Assembly: GCA_964252035.1 (NCBI GenBank)
Contig: OZ176203.1
Source of the DNA: Podarcis erhardii
Lineage: Eukaryota
Length of the DNA: 64,000 nt
Reading direction: 5' to 3' (one strand)
Positions 26,891-38,997 of this stretch are shown here, in pieces. How positions within the stretch are numbered: the first letter of the stretch is position 1; each line of letters starts with the position of its first letter. Both the position numbers and the translations under genes were made by a program. The notes below the pieces were generated by a model. That model made no database searches. It was not told the DNA's origin and saw nothing but the letters and a program-made list of their open reading frames with translations.

Positions 26891-29800
26891 CAAACAAACA
26901 CATTGTGGTTAGTTGTAAAGGGCACATAATTTTATTCTACTTCTATATTTTGCCTTAATTTTAAAAGTGTATAAACCACTCCATGTCAAAAATGAATTTC
27001 TGGGTAGTATCCGGATAAATTTAAAATTACAAAACAAACCAACAATATGTTTTAACCAGCAAAAAATACCATAATCTAAAATACCCTGACAAAACAAAAG
27101 GTTTTAACTTAGTGCTAAAAATAAGCATGCCTCCCTCAAGTGCTTATTCTACAATAGGTGAACCAGCAAAGTGAAGGCTGTCTCTTCTGTACATACATAG
27201 TTTGCTTTTCCAAAGATGGAGCATAGAGAAATCGACTCTTCCGATTACCATAGCAGAATTTATACAGGAGAAATATAGGCAAATAGTATAAAAATCAGAG
27301 GAGGCCTCCCTTGCTTTGAAATGGAGAAATTAGGATTTACACAGTGGCAAGGCCTTCACACATAAAGTATATATTTGTACTTAAGCACAAAATTTAGCAT
27401 GAAAAATGGTCCAAGTTCTTCCGATGCTTTGGTTTTAATGATGCTCTATAAACATAGAAGGAATGTTTTGTGAAAAGGTTTGTTGACTTTTTGAGTGTCT
27501 ATTCAAGTGTCTATTCAAATAGACAGACATGTGAACATTGTTCTCTAGTTCCAGTTTCTTCAAAATATGAGATTTTGCAAGATTACATTATTCATACACC
27601 CAAGCCATATGGACATTCCATTTGAAGACAGTAGCTGATAAGCTACTTTTCTCATGCTGAAATCCTTCAAGTCCACAACTCTACTTGTTTCAAGATATTT
27701 AAAAGCTAAGATATTGTGAATGTGTCCATCTCAAAATAGATAAATTTCACCTTATATTTTGTTTGCATATTCCATAGAAGTTAACAAGAACAAATATTAT
27801 CTTTCCTTAAAGTAGCATATCTTCTATATTAACAGAATCAATGACAGAAAGATTTCTATACCTTGTATGATGAGCGCATTTTTTATAAATGATATGTTGT
27901 GTGAAAATAACACATCCCTCTGAGATAGTCTTAAACACAACATGAGGTGGGAGCCTTGCTAAAAAAAGCAGAATTTCCACACTCGGAGGATTGTTCAGCT
28001 TCCAGTATTTTTTTAGTATGCTGAATACTTTAGAATGCACTGTTCAGTGTGGATTGCAAAGTGTGGTACTGATCCAAAAAGTCCAGAAAGTTTTTGTAAT
28101 GCATCCTTTTGTCTGCGTTGACATGTCTTTTGGATGAGGCACCATAAGGAAAAGCACCCACTACAGTGTCATGGCTGTTGCACTCATGTAATGCTACACG
28201 TGAAATTTTTGTTTTACCTGTCATATTTTTTTCCAGTTACTTTTATTGATACAACAACATCATTCACTATGTGTTTTAGAGAGTGGTTTATCAGTCTGTT
28301 TGTCCATTTGTTCTCTATAAGTTCAGCTGCCTCTTGAGATATCGTTGCCAAACTCAGCCACCATTTGGAATCAAAGTGCAGGACTGAATTGTCACTTTTT
28401 TTTTTTTTTTTGCATAGGTTTGACTGCCCCTCAAGATATTATTGCCAAGCTCAGCACAAGCACTCTCAAGGTGGGGGTGGCAGATGCTGTTACAATTTAG
28501 ACGCCAGGCAACCTTTTGAATCAAGATGGTAGACCAAAATGTCAATTTCACATGACTTCACCTATTTTTTGGCATGCATTTGATGGCAAACTTGGCATGA
28601 GGGTTTCTGAGGTGAGGATGGCAGTCTTCACTGATGTTTGAATGTGACTTTGGCATGACTTCACCTGATTTTTTGTGTGACGGGTCCAAACACAAATTGC
28701 ACTATCCATTTAAAATCAAAATATATCTTTGGTTTCTAAAAATTCCTGGACAGGGTTGGACACTCACTGCTAGTATAATATATATGGCATAATTTGTTTA
28801 GAAATGTGTGTTGCCTCTGGGAAGGGTAATAAATATTGCGGTACATATATATTTGCCCCTGTAGCTACTATTCTTGTAAGATCTCATATTCTGTTCATCA
28901 AGCTGATTACATTTCTACATATGTGCTGAATCTGTTTCTGAGCATTAGCTAGGAAAGGTAGAGGGTTCTTTAAAAGTCACAAAGGGATTAGATTGAAACA
29001 CATATTCCAAATCATTTAAATCAAGCAGAATCCAAGAAGACAAGACTTTCTGAGTTACTTTGTATTACTTGACACAAATAATAAAACTTGAGCTTTAAAA
29101 AGACAAAGAAGAGAAAAGCCACCTATCTGATGTCAAGTAACCATTAGTCAGCCCAAGTACTGCTTCTGAATAAGACATATAGACAAAGGACAATCTTAAC
29201 TCTTGTCTGACACCTGTCAAATATAAGGTCTGTCTGGCTATGAGTTCTGTGCACAGTGGCAGGAAAATTATTTCTTTAAAGTGTGGCATCTGCTACAGAG
29301 GAAGAGGACTGAAAGAAGGAAGCAGCAGACTTTTTCTCTTCCTGGCAGGGTATTTTTACAGGCTCCTTTACCACTTCTACACCATGTGCATCATTATTTT
29401 CCATTGAAATGTTACAGGTGTTAATTGATAAGGACTATGCATAGCGCATTTCGAGATCAAAATGTATTGCTTCAAACAGCCTGCTCTTGCATACTTTCAG
29501 TTACAGAACTACCATTTGCTTATCTGCCAAGCATCATTGCTTAGAAGCAGTGAAAAGAGGAAAAATATTTCACACTTAAAAGGGTGCAGAAATTCTAATA
29601 TGCACAATATCATGACAAGCATCATAACCATAAAAACATCATATCCACGTTTAATCAGCACATCAATTTATCCTAAGTCAGACACGCCCTGACCTCAGAC
29701 TTTGTAGGTCCTGACAGGGAAATAAAAATGGGAGCCAGTGTGGGTTGCACTTTCAAAATGACCCAAGGTGTGATGAGCATAATTTTATTCCAGGTAGCAT

Positions 29801-29905
29801 TCTCTCAGCCTCCTAATTTTGTGCTAAATTCCTGAAGAATCAAAAAAGTCTATATATTCAAAATGGGATTGTAAAGCCCACTGATTGTTCCACCCTGCAT
29901 ATGTT

Positions 29906-29969
29906 TTTGCATTGCAGGGGGTTGGTTCTCAGGGTCCCTTCCCGTTCTACAAGTCTCTGATTCTATGAT
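29906..29969 (+). mobile_element. CR1 LINE extreme 3' end
   Basis: ttgcattgcagggggttgg...gggtcccttccc...tgattctatgat, the typical CR1 terminus with ATTCT-type tail. Confidence 0.7.
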
Positions 29970-30819
29970 GCTGCCTTCACATTCCACCAGTTCACAGAAG
30001 CATCCAGGAGTATATGTTTCCACCAAGCTTATGTGGTGGTATTATTTGTGTGAAAAGATGCCTCTGTATGGGAACTGTATGCAGTGCCACATTTTCAATG
30101 TAAGCTGTGAAAATGTAGCTACAATTTTTTTGACTACACATAGATTGCACACAGGCTCTGCGCAATAAGGCTTCCCTCCCCATCCTCTCCAATGCAACAC
30201 TTGAAAAATCTTTCAGGGGAGTTGGGACCCTTCGAAAAGGCCACAGAGGGGATGAAGTGGGAGGAAACACTGTGTGGGGACATGGAGACAGGAAGCATGA
30301 GAGACAGACAGAGAGACAAAGAGACGGAAAGAGAGAGCTGTGTCTCTCTCTTCAATATCAGATTCAATATCATTAATTTCACATTAGTTTCACATTGTGG
30401 TCCAGTTCACATTGTCAATTTTGCCATTGTGCCGTGGTCCTATATTTGTGTGAAGCAGATTCATGGTGACAGATTTGGGAGCAACTTACACAAGAATAGT
30501 TCCCAGAATCTGCAACTGCTCAAATTAACATGATAGGACACACCACACACCAACTGGTTGGAGATTGGGTGTGCATTAACACTGGTGCTAGAAGTGGGAT
30601 TCTGCTTCCTAAAAGGAGGACTGTGTGTCAAGGAGTGCCTGAGGTAAAATAGAAGGAAGAATGGTAAGATTCCTGGAGCAGATGAAGTTGATGTTCTAGC
30701 CGCAAACCTAAAAGCTAGCAGAATGTTACCAGCAGCAACACCAGTGGCTCTCTTAAGAACTGTGAAATTCACTGTGATGGTCTCCCACATGCAGCTGAAG
30801 AAGAGACTGGAGTCTCTAA

Positions 30820-31337
30820 GGTCCCATCTGCACTATACATTTAAAGAAATATCATGCCATTTTAAGTAAGCATGGCTTCCCTCAAAGAATCCTGGGCACT
30901 AGAGTTTGTTAAGGGTACTGAAAGTTGTTAGGAAACCGCTAAAGGGGCTGATTGTTAAACCACTCTGGGAATTGTAGCTCTTTAAGGGGAATATGAGTCT
31001 CCTAACAACTGCCAGAACCCCTAGCAAATTACAGTTCCAAAAGTTCTATGACTGCTTAAAGTGGATTGATACTGCTTTAAATGTACAGTGGTACCTCGGG
31101 TTAAAATCTTCAGGTTACAGACGCTTCAGGTTACAGACTCCGCTAACCCAGAAATAGTACCTCAGTTTAAGAACTTTGCTTCAGGATGAGAACAGAAATC
31201 GTGCGGCAGCGGCATGGCGGCAGCGGGAGGCCCCATTAGCTTAACCTCAGGTTAAGAACAGGTTCAGGTTAAGAACAGACCTCCAGAACGAATTAAGTTC
31301 TTAACCTGAGGTACCACTGTACAGTGCAAATGAGGCC
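30820..31337. mobile_element. PIF/Harbinger-type palindromic MITE interrupted by a nested Tc1/mariner MITE
   Basis: Left TIR ggtcccatctgcactatacatttaaag. Right TIR ctttaaatgta/cagtgcaaatgaggcc is split by the insertion. TAA on both sides (30817-30819, 31338-31340). Confidence 0.8.
31086..31319. mobile_element. Tc1/mariner (Tigger/pogo-like) MITE, copy 1, inverted relative to copies 2 and 3
   Basis: TIR cagtggtacctc...gaggtaccactg with TA duplication. The reverse complement aligns along its length with 52218-52426 and 54463-54704. Confidence 0.92.
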
Positions 31338-31905
31338 TAAGTGAGTAGATGAGAGCCTTATCTCAACAGCCACTACCCAGTAGCCCAGCTACAAAGCACT
31401 CAGACCAGAGTGGCCAAGAAGATACAGGGAGCAGATTGACAGCTGAAGTTCTTGGACCATGAAGAACTGCAGTGAGTAACAGAAAATTAAGACGCTTTGT
31501 CCAGAAGCCTGCCTGAGTGGAGAGGAGACCAGAAACCCAGGAAAGAAGCCTCAAGCTAGGAAAAACAATGGGTTGGAAGGAGGAAGGAAGGCAGTGTCAG
31601 ATAAGAGAGAGCTATAGGCTTGAAGAAATGAGATACCGCTGATTTGCACACTGCTTATGCACTAGCTATGGAAAAAAAGAGCATGAGGAGAAGAAGAAGC
31701 TGGACATACATGTGTCAAGAACAGCCAGCTAGCACTTGAAGAATTGGTGTCACCACTAACAGACAAATGACAGGCTAAACTCCAGTAGGCTAGAGACAAA
31801 GCAACAGCAGAGACAGAGATTACATAGAAAAACAGCTAAATTCCCCTAATATCATTTGTGTTTTAGAAGGGCTTCCTCTCCTAAAAAGAGTAAAGGTGTT
31901 TTTTT

Positions 31906-32303
31906 GTTGGCATCTGTCTGTCTCGAGAGTCAATGGAGTGCAACCCTGGGGATGAATTTAAACTGCTGGAGAATCACAGTGCCTGTTATGACTCCAGAGA
32001 CCAAGAGCTCATAACCATGTTGGTTTTGCTGCATTAGCAGCCCAGAAGAGACTTCTCTGGGGTGCTAGCTTGAGCAGTGTGTATGGAGGTCCTAGGCTGC
32101 CCAGACAACAAGACCCCACACTCGGCCTGGCTGAAGTGGTCCAAAGAAAAGCAGAGCAGTATGTTTGGTACCAGCTTGACTGCAGGAATTACCAGAAGGA
32201 GGCATACAAGACGCCATCCAACCATCTTAGAGAATCCACTCTGGGTTTGTGAGGTGTTTGCTCCATAGCCTTTTCTTTTCTCGAAGATATCCTGAAAGGC
32301 AGT
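31906..32303 (-). mobile_element. Non-autonomous RTE derivative: 5' UTR-like segment joined to the RTE 3' terminus
   Basis: 31906-32010 reversed encodes ...SHNRHCDSPAV* plus the ccattgactctcgagacagacagatgccaac tail (homologous to 17290-17388). 32015-32303 resembles the recalled lizard RTE 5' UTR. No RT sequence lies between. Confidence 0.7.
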
Positions 32304-32584
32304 GCTTATGGTTTATTCCTTTGGGTTTACTCCTGAAGCCTTTCTTATGAATATGAGTCTGCTAGACCCAAGTCCCTTTTCACAAATGGGAAAAAAGTTT
32401 TTCCATTTGTGAAATGGATTTAGCCTGTAATTTGTATTTTATTGTGATCTGCCCTGGGGGCCATTCAGCTGCAAGGCAGTATATAAATACACTAAATAAA
32501 AATAAATATGGAGGTTATGCCTGGGAAGCCTGTAATGCAATAGTGGGGTTATTTTTATTTTCTCCTCAAGTGGCAGATGCTGTC

Positions 32585-32605
32585 TAGTAGTAGTAGTAGT
32601 AGTAG
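32585..32605. repeat. (TAG)7 microsatellite
   Basis: Direct inspection. Confidence 0.9.
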
Positions 32606-33173
32606 TAAAAAGAATAATAAGAGTTCAGGAGTGGGTTTAAGGTTTGTGAAGAAAAAAGTAATTTCAGCTGAAACTCAAACATATACAGCTTCACTCTCTT
32701 AATGCTATTTTTAAAAGTGAGATAGTTGAAAAGACAATTTGCATATATCATTAAATTTCCAATTACCATGTAAATGACAACCAAAGCAGGCAAAGAGTTC
32801 AACACTTTGCTTGGATAAAAAAAATGTGTTGATTTTACAAGTTTTTTCATCAGATGTGAGGCTTTGAGAGTATGTACCTATCATCAGTCTGACTATGTGA
32901 ACAGCAAATAAGACTGCAATCCTTTCAGGTTGAAATAGCTTACTTTAAAAAAATGCACAGCAGGAATCCTTTCCCAAAACTAAAATAAATGACAAAGTAA
33001 AAGACCAGTCTTCCATAGGCACTTAATGAAGACATGCTTCAAGGCGTTTTCAGTACCAGAGATCACTTTACACCCCAGGACAAGAGAAAAACAGTAGAGT
33101 TTTGCAGTCAGAGGCTGCAATCAAAGGAGAATAAAGAATATAACAAAAATATATTGCTTGTTAAATCACTTAC

Positions 33174-33264
33174 AGTGGTTTTCCTTTGGATTCACAAATC
33201 AAAGTTATAGATTGTCCTTCTTCTGGCCATAACGTGGAAGGGATTATTTTAACTGACGGAAGAT
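33174..33264 (-). CDS. CADM2: CADM2 coding exon, start of Ig domain 3 (91 nt, phase 1-2)
   Basis: Translates (Y)LPSVKIIPSTLWPEEGQSITLICESKGKP(L), resembling recalled human YTPSVKIIPSTPFPQEGQPLILTCESKGKPL. Flanked by ttttcag| and |gtaagtg. Confidence 0.96.
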
Positions 33265-34839
33265 CTGAAAAAAGATAATATTTGATGAATTACATGAAAA
33301 CTGGACACCCATTGTATTATGCAAAGCATTTAAACAGTGTGAGATTTCACTTATATATCCATGGACTTTAAGATTCTAATATATATTGTCCTTTGCCAAC
33401 TGTAAGACCAGGTGGTAGTATGAGATTGTGCCGTGGCTTGTTGGTGAACTATTTTCTGCCACTGAGCACCACCGAATATGGATGGGGGCCTAATGCCCTT
33501 ACAAGAGGGTGCTGCACTGTAACAAAAAAGCTGCCAGGACAGTTTCTGGAACAACAAGTCATGCTTGGTAGAGGTGATGCCATCAGTGGCTAGTGTCAGC
33601 AGTTGCTATTCACTCTGTAGCCATGTGCCTTTACTCAGCTGAATTAGCAGCCTTGCTACCTTCACTGCCACACAGAAACACTCTCCAGAAAGGGTGCTGG
33701 ACCTCTTCCCCGCCCCAATTCTGTAGCCCTGAGTGCTGCATGCTGTAGTCTACCAATGATTCACTGAACAAGCAACAGCTGGGTTCTAGAGGAAAATAAA
33801 GACATCCCTACATCATTGCGGGCATTCCTTGGAGAGCATGGTTATAAACAGATTTGCAATTGAAATAGAAAATAGAAAAATGAATTTACTGAAAATGAAT
33901 AACAAGCACTCCACACAACCTTTGCTTTGTAGATGGATGTGAATATTATTACCAAAAAAGACTGCATTAAAAGTATATTCAAATGAACATATTTATTGGC
34001 ATAGTAATCTGAATTCATAATAGAAAGTCTTCCATGAGCTCTTATAAATTTCTTTTTTAAAAAACCTTGCATTACTGAGGATATATTTCAGGAATGCAAC
34101 AGTATTTCCCTCTTTTGTGAACATCCCTTGTAGTCTGATTTTTTTTAAAAAACTCAAACAATTTTTATGGGGACATCAGATAAGAATTCCACACTGTTGT
34201 ATATAATCCATGCTAAACTTTAAAATATTATTTCTGTTTTATGCAATCAACTTTCAACAGAAAAGTCAGTCCTTGTCACTAGAGTGTGCAAAAAGAAAAG
34301 AATCACAGATGAAACTTGCAGATGAAATAACATTTGAATAAGGTCTGGCTAGGCCCACACTGGATCCAGCTGAATTATATCAAACAATGTAAATTGGCAA
34401 TAATCCAAAACACAATTGAAAAGGAACCTGGTTCATGCTGAAAATACTGGTATATCCCCCACTTTATCTGTTGTCTCCGGTGCTTTTTTTCTCCCATATA
34501 ATCTGACATTCACTTCTATCAGGAAAAGTAAAAGAGACAGCATGGCGTAATGGTTACCATGCAGGAGTAAGGCTGCATTCGGACATGGGTTTTATTGTAT
34601 TAGATTTATCGATTATAATGCTGGTGCTGGGATATGGCCCCCAACTTTGTCACATGAAATTACAGTGCAAAACTCCTACAATTTTCCAAGTTAACAGGGT
34701 TGTAAATGGTTGGGGGTTTTTTTCTGGGAAAAAATTAACATGAAATTGAGTGCTAAACCTCCACTAGTGGTTTTTATGCTGTGTGGAACATCACATCAAC
34801 CACATAAATTAACAAAGAAGAAAATGTTGGAAAGATGGG

Positions 34840-35062
34840 GGAAAGTGTCATTTGAATGCAGCCTAAGAGTGGGGAAACCCAAGTTCAAATCCCTATTCAG
34901 CCACAGAGCCCACTGGATGACCTTGAAATAGTAGCTCTCTCAAAGCCTGACCTACCTTACAAGGTTATTTTGAAGATAAACTATGTGGTGAGAATTATGT
35001 ATGCCACTTTGAGTTCATTGGAGGAAAAATGGAATATAAATGTAGTAAATAAAACAAAAACA
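34840..35062 (+). mobile_element. Older tRNA-derived SINE (Squam3/MIR-like)
   Basis: B-box gttcaaatccc, core ggatgaccttg, tail gccactttgagttcattggaggaaaaatggaatataaatgtagtaaataaaac. Confidence 0.7.
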
Positions 35063-35269
35063 AAACATTCCTTGAGGACAACTGCTGGCTCCTATTCTAC
35101 CAGCACCATCCACTCACTATGAGAAATATATATTGTTATAAGTCCACTCCCCTTCCTGGGGGGGAGGTGTTGTGGGAGGGTATCCGGGACCTCCCAGTGT
35201 CCTGGACGTGGGCGGAGGGATGCCGCCCGCATCATAGGAACTTCTGCCCACATCACGACCCCGGCTGGC

Positions 35270-35960
35270 CAATGAGGTTGGTGGGAGGGCTGGCTGCCTT
35301 GTACCCAGACTCCACTTTAATCTGGTTCCAGCTTTTGAAGATGCATTGCTGGTATGATTTCCCCCACCCTGTGGCAATCAACATACCCAACAAAATTGCT
35401 AATTGTGCAGTGGCACAGAAGGTGAAACTATTGAATGGTCGGGTGATATGGTTCCCCACCACTACTTTTGACCAGGAGGCCTTGTTTCACAATGATGGTG
35501 TTCACCTTTCTGATATGGGAAATATTTGGCTGGTTGATATCACTAAGAGATTGGTTGCAGGTGTGAGGGTGTTGGCAGTGAGCCTTTGGGGCTCGAGTGG
35601 TGGTTAGGCATTGAGTAAGCCTTGTTTATGAGAGGGGAGGTTGTTGCCTCCGCTTGCCCCTCCACATTAAGGGTACCCTGTTAAAGGGATCCGGGGGTAT
35701 GGATCATGTCTGAAACCTGGGCATGGGCTAGGGCCATGGCATGACCCCATCGGGGACCCTGGGGTGCTATTAATTGATGTATATCATAGGGTTCCTCCTA
35801 CAGGTGGTTTACCCTTAGCAGACTCCCTGCAGACAGGCAGGAGTTAGGACATAGTCCGGTTTCACCCAATGCCAAAACAAACCACTCTACATCTGTAACA
35901 AATGAAGTTGTGGCTTATTTTATATCATTAATCTAAACATTTGTGTCCACGTGTTTATTA
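35270..35960 (+). mobile_element. Ngaro/DIRS tyrosine-recombinase retrotransposon 3' fragment with SGNH-hydrolase ORF remnant
   Basis: Peptide LAALYPDSTLIWFQLL...ALFHNDGVHLSDMGNIWLVDI contains the SGNH block-V DxxH motif (DGVHLS at 35494-35511). It is followed by a GC-rich 3' region ending aatgaagttgtggc, like Ngaro terminal repeats. Confidence 0.75.
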
Positions 35961-36385
35961 AGAATTCAGCCAGTTATAAAAACTGTTAGAATTTGGTCAG
36001 AGGGTGTTTTCAGTCAGCTCCAGGATTCTTTTGAAAGTACTGATTGGAGTGTGTTTGAACATCAAGATCCGCACAGATACACAGACGCTGTACTTTCTTA
36101 CATTAAAGTGTGTGCCGATAATGTAATAACGGAGAAGTGTATTAGAGTCTATGGGAACAGCAAACCCTGGATGACTGCTGAAGTAAGGTCACTCCTGAAA
36201 GCTTGGGATACTGCCTTCAAGGCAGGGAACATAGATATATATACAGAGGGGCAAGAACAAAGCTCAGGAAAGGCATCAAGGTGGCAAAACAACAATATAA
36301 GCTTAAGGTGGAGAATTGGCTAGCCAATAACAACACGAAACAAGTGTGGCAGGGACTGCAGCATCTACCAATCATAGGCCTCCTG
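35961..36385 (+). mobile_element. Rex1/Babar LINE ORF2 internal fragment (EN-RT linker) with one frameshift
   Basis: QPVIKTVRIWSEG..QLQDSFESTDWSVF...YTDAVLSYIKVCADNV...KPWMTAEVRSLLKAWDTAFKAG then ARTKLRKGIKVAKQQYKLKVENWLANNNTKQVWQGLQ, a recalled Rex/Babar signature. Frameshift in the atat run near 36235-36245. Confidence 0.85.
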
Positions 36386-38224
36386 ATAGGTTTCTGTCGT
36401 GCCAAAAGGTTTTCTTGACCTCTCAAGACCTTCAAAATGTGTCCCTCAATAAATAATAATAGAAAAAAATGATTATGCTCACGTTCCACTCACCAGTCAC
36501 TCCCAGTTAGGCCCTGGAGGATTGATCAGAGGTCAATGTGGCTCTCAGCCTGAAGAAGGCTAGCCATCTCTGTTTTATTCTTATTCTTAGGTTGAAAGAC
36601 TCTTAATTACTACACAGAACATGTACTTTCAAAATACCAAACAGTAAAGTGACCACATTACTTATATGGATTTCAACTATCTAGCTTGGGTAGCATTTGC
36701 TTGCACATCTTTATTTTTTTTTGCAAACAAATCTGGTGCCTGCAGTTCTTCTTCTCTTGGTATTTTGCATTTGATATTCATTTTTAATTAGAAGTACTTC
36801 TATTCTTTCACGGCTTGTTAACACTTTCATTTGGGAAGCTCAGCTTTCATTAGCCATGTGAATAATCACTATTCATTGCAGTAAAGTCCATTTCTTGCAA
36901 TAACCTTGCTCTGACCTGATTACCCGTTAAACTACAAAAAACAGTGTCTAATTAGCCCATCAGTTCATGTTCAAATTCACATGACCTAGCTTCATTAGAA
37001 AAGGTCTGTAACATAAATGTCTATGGTCTCCCCTGACTACGTCTAAGGAAAACGTTTCTTAGCCCTGATATGCCTGCTGGATCATACTAGGAAAAATTGT
37101 AGCACTGCAGCCATCCTTTCACTTCCCTATCAGATTCCACCTGGAAAAGTGTTTCCAATGGCTTTGTTTAGTTATAACTGCCACCACTGTGGATAAATAT
37201 AAGAAACATATATACTGATGGGTTCTGAAGAAAAGAAATGGTTTCCTTCCTTCTTTTCTTTTTGGTTTGCTGGGGTGAACAAGTTGTTTCTTTCATTCTT
37301 TTCTTGTGGGCTTCCTGGAGGCAACTGGCTTTCCTTTGATTCAAAACTACCTGATTTACAATGAGGATGTGTAACCCAGTGCTCACTTAAGAGACTCTCT
37401 AGCAGGTAATCCAAACCCTGAACACAATCACTTGGGGGTAGTTACCAGAAGTGTTGGGAGCTTGCCATATGACTGAGCCCCAACAGGAAAAAAGGCAGGG
37501 GTATAAGTAAATAAATATATAAGAAGATGTGAAGATGATGATTATCTTGATTTAGAAAGGATAAAAGGTCAGCAAGTGATACAGGGTACACACATATTAC
37601 AGAAATAGAAACCATATTGAAAGATATGGGGGACACACACAAAATAAATTCTACATTTCAGAAACGTGCTTGTTTTCCTTCATTCCACTCTTTTCTACAA
37701 AAAAATATCTCTTATTATTACACGGCATGAATACTTATTAGAAAAGCTTTATTTAGTTCTTAGAAATAATATGAATTGCTGAATTCAATTAGGTACTTTC
37801 AAGAAAGCTAATATCCTTAATCCCTTTGTATTCAGCTCTTTAAATGGTTGATTGAAAGTTCTGAGAATGCTTAAATATACACCTGCTGTCTCTCCTTCTG
37901 AGACCTTGAGTGTCAAAGCTTGATTCTACAGACTGTTTTTTCATACTTCGCTTTAATACTTGAAACAGTTGGAGATGATAGGTCTTTTTCCTTTCTCCAA
38001 ACTTCCCAAACTTGGGGAAAATGTCTGCATTGAGTAAGCAAATCCAAGTTAAGCATTGCTAAGGAAACAGAGTAATGGGGTGGGGAGCAGTAGTCGTGTG
38101 TCACACTTCAGGGAGGCTTTTCAATGAGGCCTTTTCTTAGCTCTTTGACAAATAATAAAGTCAATCGACTCTGAGAATGTTCCTGGAAGGGACCATGTTG
38201 TACAACTCACAAGCTAAGGCTGTG

Positions 38225-38430
38225 TATATTTAAAGCAAATTTTAAGCATGCACTCACAGATCCTGGAAACTATAGTTTTAATAGGGTGCTGGGAATTGTA
38301 GCTCTCAAAGTGGTAGTTCCCAAGATTCTTGGGGGAAGAAAAGGTGCTTTAAATGTATGGTGTGCACACAGTCAGAATCTGTTTAAAGCACCTTTTCTTC
38401 CCCCCAAAATCCTGGGAACTTATACTCCTA
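38225..38430. mobile_element. Degenerate copies of the Harbinger-type catttaaagca MITE family
   Basis: tatttaaagca...ctgggaattgtagctct...gtgctttaaatgtatggtgtg shares motifs with 30820-31337. Confidence 0.6.
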
Positions 38431-38819
38431 GGTAATAACAAAACTAAACCAATTAAACCAGTGACCTAACAATAGGTTGTCTTATCGCTAGTATGGAAGT
38501 GTGTAATGTTGCATTGCTCTTTTATATCTGACCTTTTGCTGTTCAGTTCTCTCTCCATTTTGGGAGTCAAGATGTTCAGGTGTCCACATGTCCTGTAAAC
38601 ATGAGGCTTGGTGTAGACATATCATTTAACCCTGGTTTACATTTAAATATTCTGAATGTATTGACAAACCATTGTGCAGTCTGATAAGAGAAGCATCCTC
38701 CTTTGACTTGTCTTCCTTCTTTATAATGTTACGAGTTAGTGGGGGAACAGGGATCCCTCAGTTCCCTCGGTGCCAGATTTCCACCACTAGATTCTTGGGT
38801 GCTGGGGTTTAATCAGAGC

Positions 38820-38997
38820 CATAGCTGTCAACTTTCAGATTTGAAAATAAGGGATCAGCAGCCTCAAAAATAAGGGATCAGTAGCCTCACCTGTCCCAGG
38901 GACAGTCTACAGGATATCTAACAATCCAGGATAGCAGCGGGAAACGGCACTGGAATAAGGGAATTTCCCACAAAAAAAGGGAAGGTGGACAGCTATG
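38820..38997. mobile_element. hAT (Tip100-like) MITE with perfect TSD
   Basis: TIRs catagctgtcaact / ggtggacagctatg. The 8-bp TSD atcagagc occurs at 38812-38819 and 38998-39005. Internal tandem duplication of aaaataagggatcag(c/t)agcctca. Confidence 0.9.

Noticed and set aside
27807-28224. Weak Penelope-like peptide hints (LHECNSH..AFPYG; ILKKYWKL)
   Set aside because: The motifs are short, lie in overlapping frames and are not collinear with expected spacing. A profile search would be needed.
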